From the IMG/VR virus record IMGVR_UViG_3300035526_000057, positions 1 through 39,373 of that record: 39,373 nucleotides of DNA; one strand, written 5' to 3'. The translations under genes were made by a program, and so were the position numbers. Source of the DNA: a virus. Lineage: Duplodnaviria > Caudoviricetes. This document shows positions 1 to 10,800 of this stretch, in pieces (the first letter of the stretch is position 1; each line of letters begins with the position of its first letter). The notes under the pieces were generated by a model. The model worked only from the letters and a program-made list of their open reading frames with translations. It had not been told where the DNA came from and made no database searches.

Positions 1-1
1 T

Positions 2-958
2 TTACGCAAAAGCAAGAAAGAACAAATTGCAGAACAAAAACTAGCAAAGACACCATTTGATGAAGCAAGTGCATCTCATACGGAAATATTAAATGAGAAG
101 ACATCCCAACTAGATATGTACAATAAACAGCTGGAGAACAAAAAGAAAGAATTAAGTGATTTTGTAGAATCGTTAACTCCAGAAGAAGCACAAGAAGCAA
201 ACGATACAATAGAAGAGATAAATGACCTTAAGTATTTTCATGAGATAGAAACAAATAGCATAAGAGATAGTATTAATGGGCTAAAGGGGCAGATAGCAGT
301 TATAAACACCATAATTGACGAGACAGTCTCATTGATGTCCTCTGCAAATACCCTTGAGGAAGAAGCTGATCTGAACGATGAATATAATGCTAGAATGGCG
401 GATAGAGAGAAACTATTAGAAGATATAGATGCTTTAGAAGTAAAGCTAATCACAAACGCAGAGCAATATAATAATCAGCTACAATACTTAACAACAAAAG
501 ATGAAAATGCAAATAAGATCTTAGGACTCAAGCAAGAAGTGGCTATCGCAGAGATGAACAAGAATACATTTACAAATGATATAGCTGCAAGAGAAGCTGC
601 AAGCTCTGCAAACCTTGAAAAGGTTAAGAAAACCTATGATGACATAACTGCTGAAGTTAATGATACTAATAATCAGATATCAGATATAACAAAATCAATT
701 ATCTCACTAAAAGGAGAGCTTGATGCAGTAAATAAGGCAATATCTGAATACATAGAATCAGGTAATGATTATGTTAATAGTGAGAGAGGTAAAAGGGCTG
801 AAGACTATAGTCACTTTAATATTTATGTAGAATACAATGGAAATATTCATAAAGTTATTAATACATGCACTATAACAGGGCACTCTCATGTATTAAATCA
901 TTCTGGTGAGCCCGTAAAAGAATATTACACTTTTATAGCCCGTGATATAAATCAATAA
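2..958 (+). CDS. 5'-truncated coiled-coil virion protein with a C-terminal tail-tube-like beta segment
   Basis: The frame is open from position 2, so the ORF-track start at 116 is an internal Met. The protein is long, heptad-rich and E/K/N-rich. It ends in ...HFNIYVEYNG..KVINTCTITGHSHVLNHSGEPVKEYYTFIARDIN, which resembles the end of tail-tube-fold proteins. It lies upstream of chaperone-like genes. Confidence 0.5.
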   Translation, partial: LRKSKKEQIAEQKLAKTPFDEASASHTEILNEKTSQLDMYNKQLENKKKELSDFVESLTPEEAQEANDTIEEINDLKYFHEIETNSIRDSINGLKGQIAVINTIIDETVSLMSSANTLEEEADLNDEYNARMADREKLLEDIDALEVKLITNAEQYNNQLQYLTTKDENANKILGLKQEVAIAEMNKNTFTNDIAAREAASSANLEKVKKTYDDITAEVNDTNNQISDITKSIISLKGELDAVNKAISEYIESGNDYVNSERGKRAEDYSHFNIYVEYNGNIHKVINTCTITGHSHVLNHSGEPVKEYYTFIARDINQ

Positions 959-959
959 T

Positions 960-968
960 TTATTAACA
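960..968 (+). promoter_or_regulatory. TTATTAACA motif, candidate phage promoter element
   Basis: Located in the 959-993 gap, 25 nt before the ATG at 994 and upstream of an AAGGAG RBS. The identical 9-mer occurs in the other two long intergenic gaps. Confidence 0.55.
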
Positions 969-993
969 GATATACAACATCAAAGGAGAGTAT

Positions 994-1401
994 ATGAGCG
1001 AAGAAATTCAAGACGCAACAACTAAAACATTTTGGGATAGAGTAGAATGGGATAATGTTGGATTTAACAAGATATCCAAAGAGGACTATCTCAGAATTAG
1101 ATCACTACACCCGAAACTATATGCAACATTCTTAGGGCCAGATAAGAAAACTCAATTCTTTTTATTTAAACCTCTTGGCTGGGGAAAGTATAAAGATATT
1201 AGAGCTAAAGATTTAGATAAAGATACAACAAGAGAGTATATTGTCTCATCATGTATCCTATGGCCTAAGATGGATCCTATCGTAATATCAAACATGGATG
1301 CTGGTGTAATGCTGGCATTAGCAAATCAAATATTAGCAGTTAGTAACTTCATAAAAGATCCAGACCAAGTATTAGAATTTATATTTGAATGCGAAAATTA
1401 A
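994..1401 (+). CDS. Putative tail assembly chaperone
   Basis: 135 aa with a strong RBS (AAGGAG). The pattern F-x-F-K-P-L...EYIVSSCILWP...DAG-V...LANQILAVSNF is chaperone-like, and the gene sits between a tube-like gene and the giant ORFs. Confidence 0.55.
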   Translation: MSEEIQDATTKTFWDRVEWDNVGFNKISKEDYLRIRSLHPKLYATFLGPDKKTQFFLFKPLGWGKYKDIRAKDLDKDTTREYIVSSCILWPKMDPIVISNMDAGVMLALANQILAVSNFIKDPDQVLEFIFECEN

Positions 1402-1402
1402 T

Positions 1403-1993
1403 ATGGCTAAATCATTTAGACTATTAACAGAAAAAATAGATATAAAGTTTAAAACTCTTGGCGCTGAAGAATCTGATAGATATGTATATGCCTTAAAAAC
1501 ATTTCCAAATAAACATGATATTGAAGAGGCTATATTTTTAAAAGTAACTGACTATAATGAATCTGATATATCAGAATTAGATGCTGGTATAATTCCAACA
1601 ATTGCATATCTATCATTAAAACTATCTGGATACCTAAGAACAGACTTTTGCCTTGTTGATAAAATAGACAAGGCAAGAGAAGATATAAAAAACAATCCTT
1701 ATAACAAAATATATTCAATAATAGTAGCTACACAACCACACTATACTCTTGAATCTCTTAGAAAGAAGACTCTTAATGAAGTGCTAGAGCTATTTGCCTT
1801 TAGCGAACTTATAGTTGAAAGAGAAGCTATTGACACTAAAGAGATTAGAGCAAATATCAAAGCTGCACAGAATGAAAGAAAAGCTACAGTTAGTGCAACT
1901 AAGAAAAGTGGTATTAGTAATGTTACAAAAGAAGAAATTGATCTTGTTAAGCAGATGTTAAACGCATCAGAATTTAACCCAGAGATGATTTAA
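1403..1993 (+). CDS. Second tail assembly chaperone-like protein, probable paralog of the upstream gene
   Basis: The ATG at 1403, directly after the TAA at 1399-1401, is more plausible than the TTG at 1385. It shares EEAIF...LDAGIIPTIAYLSLKLSG with the upstream EYIVS...MDAGVMLALANQILAVSN. Confidence 0.5.
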   Translation: MAKSFRLLTEKIDIKFKTLGAEESDRYVYALKTFPNKHDIEEAIFLKVTDYNESDISELDAGIIPTIAYLSLKLSGYLRTDFCLVDKIDKAREDIKNNPYNKIYSIIVATQPHYTLESLRKKTLNEVLELFAFSELIVEREAIDTKEIRANIKAAQNERKATVSATKKSGISNVTKEEIDLVKQMLNASEFNPEMI

Positions 1994-1995
1994 TA

Positions 1996-4900
1996 ATGAA
2001 ACCTATTAACCCCTTTAACAAAGTAATGTCTATTGACCTTGAGGGCACACAGCTACCTGGAGACTTCTATCTCTTTAGCAAGCCTGACGGGTCTTTAGAC
2101 CTTCCTCCTTTAGGAGAAATAACACGAGGATTTGAGCACGTTCATATATTCCAGGCTGGATATATAAGTGGCGATGATATGGTACATTTAGATGTATCTG
2201 AAGCGAAATTCTCTTCTCCTAAAATGCTAGGAGAAAACTTAACTGTACCAGAAGTATTTAAAGATGCTAACGGTGTAACTAGGACATATGTAAGAAACAG
2301 TACCTCATCTATGTCTGAAGAGGGAGTTAATAAGCTATTCAAGTCTTCTTTATCAAAGCTAAGCCCAGCAAAACAAGAAGCATATAAAAAGAAAGTATTG
2401 CCTTATTATCTGATGAAATCAAAGAAGAATACTCAGTTTATTCTTGATGATGGATCCGCGATAGGTTCAATGCCATTTGAAGTATTCTCCAAGTCATATG
2501 AAGATATGCAAAAGATAGCTTCTGACGCTGGGTTTGATTATGCAAAAGTTACTCAGGAAAAGTTTCTTGGCAGAGGAGAGGGATCTTTATTTAAAGCAAT
2601 ATCAGACTTACTAGATGGGGCTACAAAGCAAAAGCCATCTATCATGCGTGCATGGAATCCTTCATACGATGCTCCTGCAATCATTGCATCACTAGAGAGA
2701 TCTGGCAATAAAGATCTTGCTGAAAAAATGCTTAATAGCTATAAGAATGGGCTGTTAAAGATTGAAGGCATCGAGAAGGAGTGGCATGAGATCCTTTGGA
2801 AGTTACTAAAAGAGAATAAAGAAATTACTGGCGATATCAAAATAGGCATGCACCCATTAGCAGCAGCAGCTACAGGTAGGCCAGGGGGAATAGTAAGAAC
2901 CTTTGAAGAGTTTAAATACTCTACATTCTCTTGGAATCAGCGTGACCTTGCAAAGCTATTTCATGGCCATAAAAATCTAAAAGAAATTGGACATATTGCA
3001 TCTACAGATATAAAGCAATCAGAAGCATTCGCCAGCATAATGAAAGATATAAAAGCAGAAGCCATAAATATACATGGCGGAAACATATCTTTTGAAGAAC
3101 TATTTGCATCTGATGACACTAATGGCATATTCACAAAAGCCTTAAACAGAGTAATCAAAAAGGACTTCACAGGCAAAGCTAGGCAAAAAACAGGTAGAGA
3201 ATTAGTTGAAGCAGCAATAGGGCAAGCAAAGAAGACAGAGCTATTCCATAAGCAGCAGTTTGCATCGTGGTTTGCTGCTGACATATCAAAAGCTAAAGGT
3301 GCTAGTTGGAGAAAATATCCAGGATTCTTTGGTGTTGCTGCTGGCTTAGCACTTACTACTTATATGGCGGCTGGAGAAACCCCCCTTAGCTTATCTAAAG
3401 ATGGAACGAGATATTCATCTGGCGTTCCTATGGGTGGAAGTATCTCTGAAAGTGCACAAGGTGGAGGGGATAATATATTCCTAGAGAATGGGTTAGTTAG
3501 GCCGCTGGTAACAGGATTAGTTATTCCGGGCCTAACAGTAGGCGCTATAGGGTATGGTGCTAGCCAGAGATTTAATATCATGTCTAGTGATGTTCCTATG
3601 CCTAGTAACTTTAGAGAGGCAAAAGATCAGTTCTTTAAAACTATGCGGTATGGCATGAAGGTAATTGAGGGACAATTACCAATAGCCAGGGTTTTTGGTA
3701 TCGGATCTCTTACTGATTATATTCGTGGCAGCAGATCTTATATGGTAGATGAGGCAGGTAATGGACTGAGACTATCTAGGTCAGGAAAGCCTATGCCTGG
3801 AAGATTCCATACATTTTCTGTTGTTGATAACGGAAGGATAATAAGAGAATCTAATCCAAGACATGGTACTAATCTAGATAACCTATTATTTAATGTAAAG
3901 AAAAAGAATCCTTCTCAGTATGAGCAATTACAAAATATACTAGCTCCAGACCTATCTAAGATAAATGAAAACATACGTCCAGATAGAAGAAATATACGCA
4001 TCGCATCTACAAACACCGGCAAGACAATAATCTTCTATGATGATTTCAAGTTAGATAAAGCTGGTAATGCTCAAAAGATTACTGGGCTAAGTAAAGAGAA
4101 GGTGCTAATTGATGAGGCTATCTCATTAGCACATGTACGAGATGTTATCCCTCAGGCAGCAAGCAGATCAAGAAGAGCATCTAGTGACAGCTCAAGGATA
4201 GTTTCTTCAAACGTAATAGAAAAATTACATGAGGATCTTGCTAAGTTTAACCCAGAGATTGGGCAAAAGATTAATTTTGAAGAATATCTTTCATCACTTG
4301 AAGTCCCAGGTTTCGTAAGAAACAATGAGGCTATGACTGGGGTATGGAGATCTGCAGAAAAGATTAGATGGGCTCTTGATTTAACATCTAAGGGTGTTGG
4401 AGAAAGGGCAAACAAGTTATTCCCTGAAATATCTAACAGGGTAGCTAGCACACAAACAGTAGCTCTTGTTAAAGATGCTCGTCATTATATGAGACTACCA
4501 GGAGCATTTACTCTTGGCGCTATGGATAAGTTCCTTGAAACTCCTTTTGAATTTCTTGGAATAGATTCTTCTAAAATTACTGGAGCTGCAAATAAATTAA
4601 AAGCTTCTCCAAATATTATATCTAACGTTTTAGGTAAAACGCTTTCTGCTATTGAGTCTCCTCATCTTGGGCTTGGATATTCTAGATATGGTAGTGCTGC
4701 AAAATACCTTGGAGCATTTGGTGTAAAAAGGGTACTTCCTGCATTCCTGGCAGTACAGGCATTTGGGTTAGCTGATCATGTACTTGGTAAAGTAACAGCA
4801 TCTCCCACAGGCAGAGGTCCATTAACAACTTTACCAATCAAAATGTACGAAGGGGCATCTCTACTATATAGTAAGATATCTGATATAGTTGGACTTACAT

Positions 4901-7881
4901 CATATTCTAAATGGCAAGAAAATGTAGCACCTGGTTCAACAGGTCTAGGGATAATGGCTCCTGCTTTAACGGCCACAACATCTATGTATCTAGGGCAGAT
5001 GGCATATAAATATGGCCCTGATTTTATAAAGGATGGGGCTAATAGAATTGGCAGAAAGATGCTAAAGCATCCGCTAATTAAAGCAGCTGCAAGGCCAGAA
5101 GCATATAAGGGTGCTCTTATGAGAAGCCCGGCAGAATCATTTCTGTCATATGTAATAAAGAATCCTAAAAAGGCTATATTTGGATTAAGCCTATTGCCAG
5201 CACTTCCGTTCTTACCTGGATTTCTAGGCTCTAACAAAACATACGAAGAAAGAAAAGCCGAGTTTAAAGGAGATAAGGAAGTAGCAGTTAGAAAGTACAG
5301 AGGATGGTTACTATCATCGTCTCCTTTTGCTGGTGGAAGTGTGAGATCTTGGAGAAAGCATGCGCTTAATGTATTTGAAAGTGATTATGAGAATAGAGGA
5401 GTTCTATATCCTAGCTACTGGGATAAGTTCCTACATAAGATATCTTTAGGTACATATAAGCCATATATGCTAGAGGAATATCATAAAGAATCACAGCCTG
5501 TTTATAAGTCGGCCCCATGGGGCATAAATGTTCCTCTTATTGGCCCTATATTAGCAGCGACTGTAGGAAAGGTAATACCACAAAAGGTTTACCATACACC
5601 GGGAGAGGAAAATGAAGTAGAGACAACTGATCATAGATTCGGACTATCAGCTGGACTAGATAACGGGTCAATTAAAAAGTTTTTTGATAAAAGAGAATCA
5701 ATGGAAGGCTTTATGGTTAGTTTGCATGATCCAACTAGCCTAACATCCTTAAGCTCAAGATTCGCAGATAGCTTAGCAGATCTTGCTGGTTTTAGAGGAT
5801 TTGCACTACAGACAGCATATCAAAAAGTTAGTGGCCAAGCATTGCCTGATGAGTTTGTCCCATATGCACAAGATGCAAGTCAGATGTATAACGCATCTGA
5901 ACTGATGTGGCAATATAATCTTGGTGATATCTCGGTTGTTGGTGGTGAATTTATGAGACGTATTCTTCAGTCATCAGAAAAGAAATGGCAAGAAAATAGA
6001 ATACGAAATGAGCTATATGGAGTTAGCTGGATTCCTCAAGGCGAAAATGGAGGTAAAGATCTAACACATGGTACCACATTTAATAAAGTAGATATGGGAT
6101 GGCTATATGGTGCCAGAAAAGGCTGGGAGTTCTTATATGGAAATGAAGCACGTGGACCTCTAGAGTCTTATGGGGCGCCAGTTAGAACAGAGATCTTAAA
6201 ACATATAGCACCTTACTCTAACCAGTTTAACCAAGAAGCACGATCAACTCTTGAGATGGCATTAACTGATCAACTTGATCCAAAAAGAGAACAGAGGTTC
6301 TATGAAACTCTATTTCAAGTTGCACAAGTAAAAGAGCAGTTATATGCAAAAGCTTCTGAGTTTACATATACATTAGAGACAGATGATGATGAGGGAACTG
6401 TAGATTTCTTAGATGAGGAGTCTGGTGCATTTAGTATTAATGGAAAGAATTATAGATTAGCTGGCGTCTCTCTTAACGAAGCTGATATACGTGCGCGACT
6501 GTTACAAAAGCGTGAATATAAAGATGCTCAGCAACTACACAATGATGTAGATGATATAAGAGAAAGATCTATGAATATTATGCGCAGGCATCTATCAGCA
6601 GGATCATTCGTTAACTTCCAAAAAGCAAAAGCAGAAATGCTACCCGAAACAAGAGGCATGGGACAGGAAGTAATGATGGAAGATCTTGCCCAAGAACTAT
6701 GGGATGCTGGTGCACCGTTTGCAAACACAGGACACTTAGCAACACATAATGTTGCACAGGATAAAGCTGGAATCTCAAGCAAAATAATGGCATCATACTG
6801 GGATGCATTAACCGAAAGAGATTCATTCTGGAATAAGAAGCTTATAAATAAAAGAGATTACCTAGATAGCTACTTATCATCTCAAGTATTTAATAGAGAA
6901 GTTAAGCTATGGACTAGGCCAATAGAACATATCTTAATGCCGTTTATTTCGACCACAATGCATAGTTTATTTGGAGTTGATATCATTCCCTCATTTACTA
7001 AAGAAAGACGCGCTAATCAGCAATATTGGGACGTTATACGGTATATTAAATATAAGCGATTATCAGTAGAGGCTAGCATGGAAGGTGATGCTAGTGCAGC
7101 GGCTTATTATGAGGGCAAATGGCGTAGCACTATGGTTGGTGCTAATCCAACTGACTCAAGCACAAGAGATGAGCTAAACGCATTACCATACGGCGAAAGA
7201 AGATTCTTTGATATGTTCTCTAGCGAATCAGATCCAGAAAAAAGGCAGAAACTCTTTAAGTATCTACCTGAGGGTGCAAAGAGAATATACTCATCTATCT
7301 GGATGTCTAAATTAGCACAAGCAAGTGATGACCCAGAGGTAATAGCACAATTTAATAAGCTTAGAGAATCAGAGGGATGGAACTTATCAGAAGAGGAAGA
7401 GCAAGCATACCTAAGTGAGACTGATGGTACAATCAATAAGGCTGATTGGGCAAGGGCAAAGTTTGTACAAGAATATGCTTCAAAGAACAATCTTCCTGGC
7501 CCAGACTGGATCGGTTGGAATGAAGGTGTTGATTTAGATAACGCACATGTCCTATCATTACTTAAGGGCGATGAGAATGTTCAGGACTATGGATATTTCG
7601 ATAGCAAGATAAGAGAAGCTGTATATGATGAATCTGCACATAAAGCCGTTCTTCAAATAGACTCTAATAGAGCAACCTCGTCTAGGTTAATAAATGCATC
7701 TATGGGATATTTATTAAGTGATAGATCAATAGTATCTGCAACAACGTTGCCAACGTCCTCACAGGTACCAATGGCTCAGGTAGAGATACAGAGCAATAGC
7801 TACAATAAAATTCTTTCAAAATTACACAATTTCGAATCCTCAATCTTAGATGATTCATACATAGATCCGATAGATATTTAA
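1996..7881 (+). CDS. Giant tape-measure-like or ejected protein with an N-terminal DEDDh 3'-5' exonuclease domain and a degenerate SNase-like C-terminal domain
   Basis: 1961 aa. ExoI SIDLEGT (D14, E16), ExoII WNPSYD (D225), ExoIII HIASTD (H333, D338). Several Gly/Ala-rich hydrophobic segments follow. GTVDFLDE..F.ING..YRLAGV...LAQELWDAG at about 6390-6715 is SNase-like. It occupies the tape-measure position after the chaperones. Confidence 0.65.
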   Translation: MKPINPFNKVMSIDLEGTQLPGDFYLFSKPDGSLDLPPLGEITRGFEHVHIFQAGYISGDDMVHLDVSEAKFSSPKMLGENLTVPEVFKDANGVTRTYVRNSTSSMSEEGVNKLFKSSLSKLSPAKQEAYKKKVLPYYLMKSKKNTQFILDDGSAIGSMPFEVFSKSYEDMQKIASDAGFDYAKVTQEKFLGRGEGSLFKAISDLLDGATKQKPSIMRAWNPSYDAPAIIASLERSGNKDLAEKMLNSYKNGLLKIEGIEKEWHEILWKLLKENKEITGDIKIGMHPLAAAATGRPGGIVRTFEEFKYSTFSWNQRDLAKLFHGHKNLKEIGHIASTDIKQSEAFASIMKDIKAEAINIHGGNISFEELFASDDTNGIFTKALNRVIKKDFTGKARQKTGRELVEAAIGQAKKTELFHKQQFASWFAADISKAKGASWRKYPGFFGVAAGLALTTYMAAGETPLSLSKDGTRYSSGVPMGGSISESAQGGGDNIFLENGLVRPLVTGLVIPGLTVGAIGYGASQRFNIMSSDVPMPSNFREAKDQFFKTMRYGMKVIEGQLPIARVFGIGSLTDYIRGSRSYMVDEAGNGLRLSRSGKPMPGRFHTFSVVDNGRIIRESNPRHGTNLDNLLFNVKKKNPSQYEQLQNILAPDLSKINENIRPDRRNIRIASTNTGKTIIFYDDFKLDKAGNAQKITGLSKEKVLIDEAISLAHVRDVIPQAASRSRRASSDSSRIVSSNVIEKLHEDLAKFNPEIGQKINFEEYLSSLEVPGFVRNNEAMTGVWRSAEKIRWALDLTSKGVGERANKLFPEISNRVASTQTVALVKDARHYMRLPGAFTLGAMDKFLETPFEFLGIDSSKITGAANKLKASPNIISNVLGKTLSAIESPHLGLGYSRYGSAAKYLGAFGVKRVLPAFLAVQAFGLADHVLGKVTASPTGRGPLTTLPIKMYEGASLLYSKISDIVGLTSYSKWQENVAPGSTGLGIMAPALTATTSMYLGQMAYKYGPDFIKDGANRIGRKMLKHPLIKAAARPEAYKGALMRSPAESFLSYVIKNPKKAIFGLSLLPALPFLPGFLGSNKTYEERKAEFKGDKEVAVRKYRGWLLSSSPFAGGSVRSWRKHALNVFESDYENRGVLYPSYWDKFLHKISLGTYKPYMLEEYHKESQPVYKSAPWGINVPLIGPILAATVGKVIPQKVYHTPGEENEVETTDHRFGLSAGLDNGSIKKFFDKRESMEGFMVSLHDPTSLTSLSSRFADSLADLAGFRGFALQTAYQKVSGQALPDEFVPYAQDASQMYNASELMWQYNLGDISVVGGEFMRRILQSSEKKWQENRIRNELYGVSWIPQGENGGKDLTHGTTFNKVDMGWLYGARKGWEFLYGNEARGPLESYGAPVRTEILKHIAPYSNQFNQEARSTLEMALTDQLDPKREQRFYETLFQVAQVKEQLYAKASEFTYTLETDDDEGTVDFLDEESGAFSINGKNYRLAGVSLNEADIRARLLQKREYKDAQQLHNDVDDIRERSMNIMRRHLSAGSFVNFQKAKAEMLPETRGMGQEVMMEDLAQELWDAGAPFANTGHLATHNVAQDKAGISSKIMASYWDALTERDSFWNKKLINKRDYLDSYLSSQVFNREVKLWTRPIEHILMPFISTTMHSLFGVDIIPSFTKERRANQQYWDVIRYIKYKRLSVEASMEGDASAAAYYEGKWRSTMVGANPTDSSTRDELNALPYGERRFFDMFSSESDPEKRQKLFKYLPEGAKRIYSSIWMSKLAQASDDPEVIAQFNKLRESEGWNLSEEEEQAYLSETDGTINKADWARAKFVQEYASKNNLPGPDWIGWNEGVDLDNAHVLSLLKGDENVQDYGYFDSKIREAVYDESAHKAVLQIDSNRATSSRLINASMGYLLSDRSIVSATTLPTSSQVPMAQVEIQSNSYNKILSKLHNFESSILDDSYIDPIDI

Positions 7882-7893
7882 TAGGAGATTAAT

Positions 7894-10800
7894 ATGTCAA
7901 CAAACAATCCTTACGAAAGAGAAAACTCTTTTGCAAAAGGTGTATTCAAGGCAGGGGCTGTTGCTGGTGCAGGAGCCCTGTCCTGGAATGCATACAAGCA
8001 TCCAATTAAAACTTATAGTACATTTACTAAGGTTTCCAATAAAGTATTCCCAGTTAAAAACCCAATACTTAATTCTGCTCAATCAAGATACGCAGAGGCT
8101 CAAGAGATTATTGCTACTGCTATGGGTGAGCGCGATAAAAGGGATATGATATTGTCTATGGATAAGAAAAAGCATGCAGCTAAAGTGTTCGGTAAAAGTA
8201 TCGACTGGGGTATTGTTGATCCTTTATATACTAATAGCATGGAAAAAGCTGCATCTAAATATACCTTTACTGACGTTGATCAAATCCTAGATATTAATGG
8301 CAACTCTATAGGAAAGAAAATACAAGATGTATTAGGTCAAAAGTTTAATACATCTGCTACATTAGATAGGTTTGAAGGAACTACAGGTATCTTTAAGATT
8401 GATGGCAAGGAGCTGAAGATAGATTTTGCTAAAAGAGTTGGTAACTCGGAGTCATGGCTATCAAGACGCGGAGAGGCTTTCTACTCTGCGCCCTGGAGAG
8501 CGCACATGACTAAGAGAGGGGATAAGCTTGGGTATGACATGATGGATCCAAACTCTGCTGTACTACATGCCTTGCTTGATGACTTAAATGATGGTGGCAC
8601 ATTAATGTGGCATAATAATAATGATTCAATCAGAAGTATGTATGAAAAGTTTCGAGGAGATGTAGAAAACCCAATTCCCCACAGTCAAGTAATCAGTAAA
8701 ATCAAAGATGAGATCAGAAGGAATAAAACCGGAATAAGGCTTAAGGGCACGGATACAATAAGCGAGTTACAGGAAGCGCTTAACTCATATAATAGATTTG
8801 ACACATTTGTTATAGAGAATAATGATATGTTGCAATCATTATATGGCAGTGAGGCTGTTGTAGATAAGTGGTCTAGATATATGGTAGGGCATGACAAAAG
8901 ATTTGTTGGTGTTGGTGCCGATAGGATATCTGCGCGTGCAGTTAATGTAGATACATCTAAAGGATCAGCACTAAGAAAAGCTTATAACATATTTACAGAT
9001 CTAAGAAAAGATAAGTCGCTTGTAAAGGTAGTAAACTATAATAGATCATCAGCTAAATCCAAATCAGCAAGAGACGTAGAAGATCTAGTTGGCATGTTTG
9101 GTGGATATACGTTAGGCCAAGAAAGAACAGCTGAATTTGGTTTTGCATTCAGAACATCTACATTCCCTCAATACGCAGAAGGCTTTAAGAGTATGAAGGG
9201 TTATAGCTTTATGGATAAACATATCTATTATGATAAAGAAGCCGAACTATCATATCTTGGCGAAAGTATGGAGCATATAAAGTTTGGTGGTATAACTCAA
9301 CATGGCGGAAAAATAGATGAGGCTGCAATTAAAGAACTTAGATTCAATCCATTCATAGATGACAAAACTATGAACAAAAGATTTGGATGGACCAAGTTTG
9401 TACAAGAGAAAGAAGCACTTGTAAAGAATAAGGGCATATATAATATGTCACTAGTAATTAATCCATTTACTACTGAAACAATCCAGGTATCATCTAAATA
9501 CAATAAGCACATGAAGACCCTTGGGCATAAACAGTTTACTGTTGGCACAGTTAATATTAACCCGAACTCAGAAGCATTTGAGGCATCTAAGATAGATTTT
9601 AAATGGCTAGATCATACTGACATATCAGGAGGTGATGGTAAGCCAATTGTTAGAACAAAAAAAGTAAGTATTAAAGATGTGATGGAAGATAAAACTATGT
9701 CTAGGCAGGTGCTTAATGGAGATGCGTGGCTGCAAGTAAACAAAGGAACTGTCCTTGGAGCTAAGAAAGCTGGCATGGAAATTACACCAGACCTTACATT
9801 AGAAGAGGTCCTTAATAAAGACTCAGAGGTTCTAACTAGTAAGTTTAACATGCTTATTGAAAGTGAAGATTATCGTCAAATGCTAGTGGCTACAAAAAGG
9901 ATGCGTAAAACAGAGAAGTATTCTGACTCAGTTAAGTGGATAGGAAGAGTTATCGATAATCCATCCAAGCTTGCACTATGGGGAGCTAGAACAAGAAGCG
10001 CATATAGCTCTGGTGATTCAAAGATAATGAATGATGTGCTTTCACAAGCAGGGTTATACGGTGCAGAAGGAACTATATCATTAGACTTTTATAAGAAGAC
10101 ATTATCGCAATCTGTAAAAGGTAAGGGTGTTGTATTTGGCAAAGATAGTGTTGAGTCGTTGCATTTTATGCAATCAGCACTAGGATGGCAAGCATTACAG
10201 GATACCAATATAGTTCTAGGTGGAGATGCTGCAGTAGACTTTGCAAGATATATAAATGATGGCGAAAAATATATAGATGCATCAGGAAACCTGTCACTAA
10301 CAAGCCTCATGAAAAGAGGGAAGCTAACCTTTAAGCAGCTTACAGATGATACAAAAGCTTTTGGGCAACAATACACGGATACAGTTCAAGTCCTTGGGCG
10401 AGCAAGAAGATCATGGGTAAGAGGTAGAAAATCATCATTGACCACTAAGTTTAGTTCTGATCAAGCAAAAGAAATGGCAGATGTATTAACTGGCCATATT
10501 GAGAAAATAGAAAAGTTTGGTAAGTTCGTAAGTGGAACTGAAGGATCTAAAGAATCAGTTGCACTAGCTAAGCAGATGGTTAAAGGAAACATTGATGTAA
10601 AAGAAGCAATGAAAGCCGCTGGCGTTAGCGCTAAAGAAGTTACCATGGGCATATTCGCAGGAGTAATGCCACAGGAGCAGAACTGGCAAGCACTAGGAGA
10701 AGGATTCAATGAAATGAGAATTTCTTTTAAAAGCTTACCTAGCTTCCTAAACAAGCCAGAAGTGCTAAGAGACCTATCAGTTCAAAGCTTAAATAATACA

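Noticed and set aside
1376-1405. Programmed -1 frameshift joining the two chaperone ORFs
   Set aside because: The second ORF is in the +1 frame, there is no X XXY YYZ heptamer in the overlap, and it has its own ATG at 1403.
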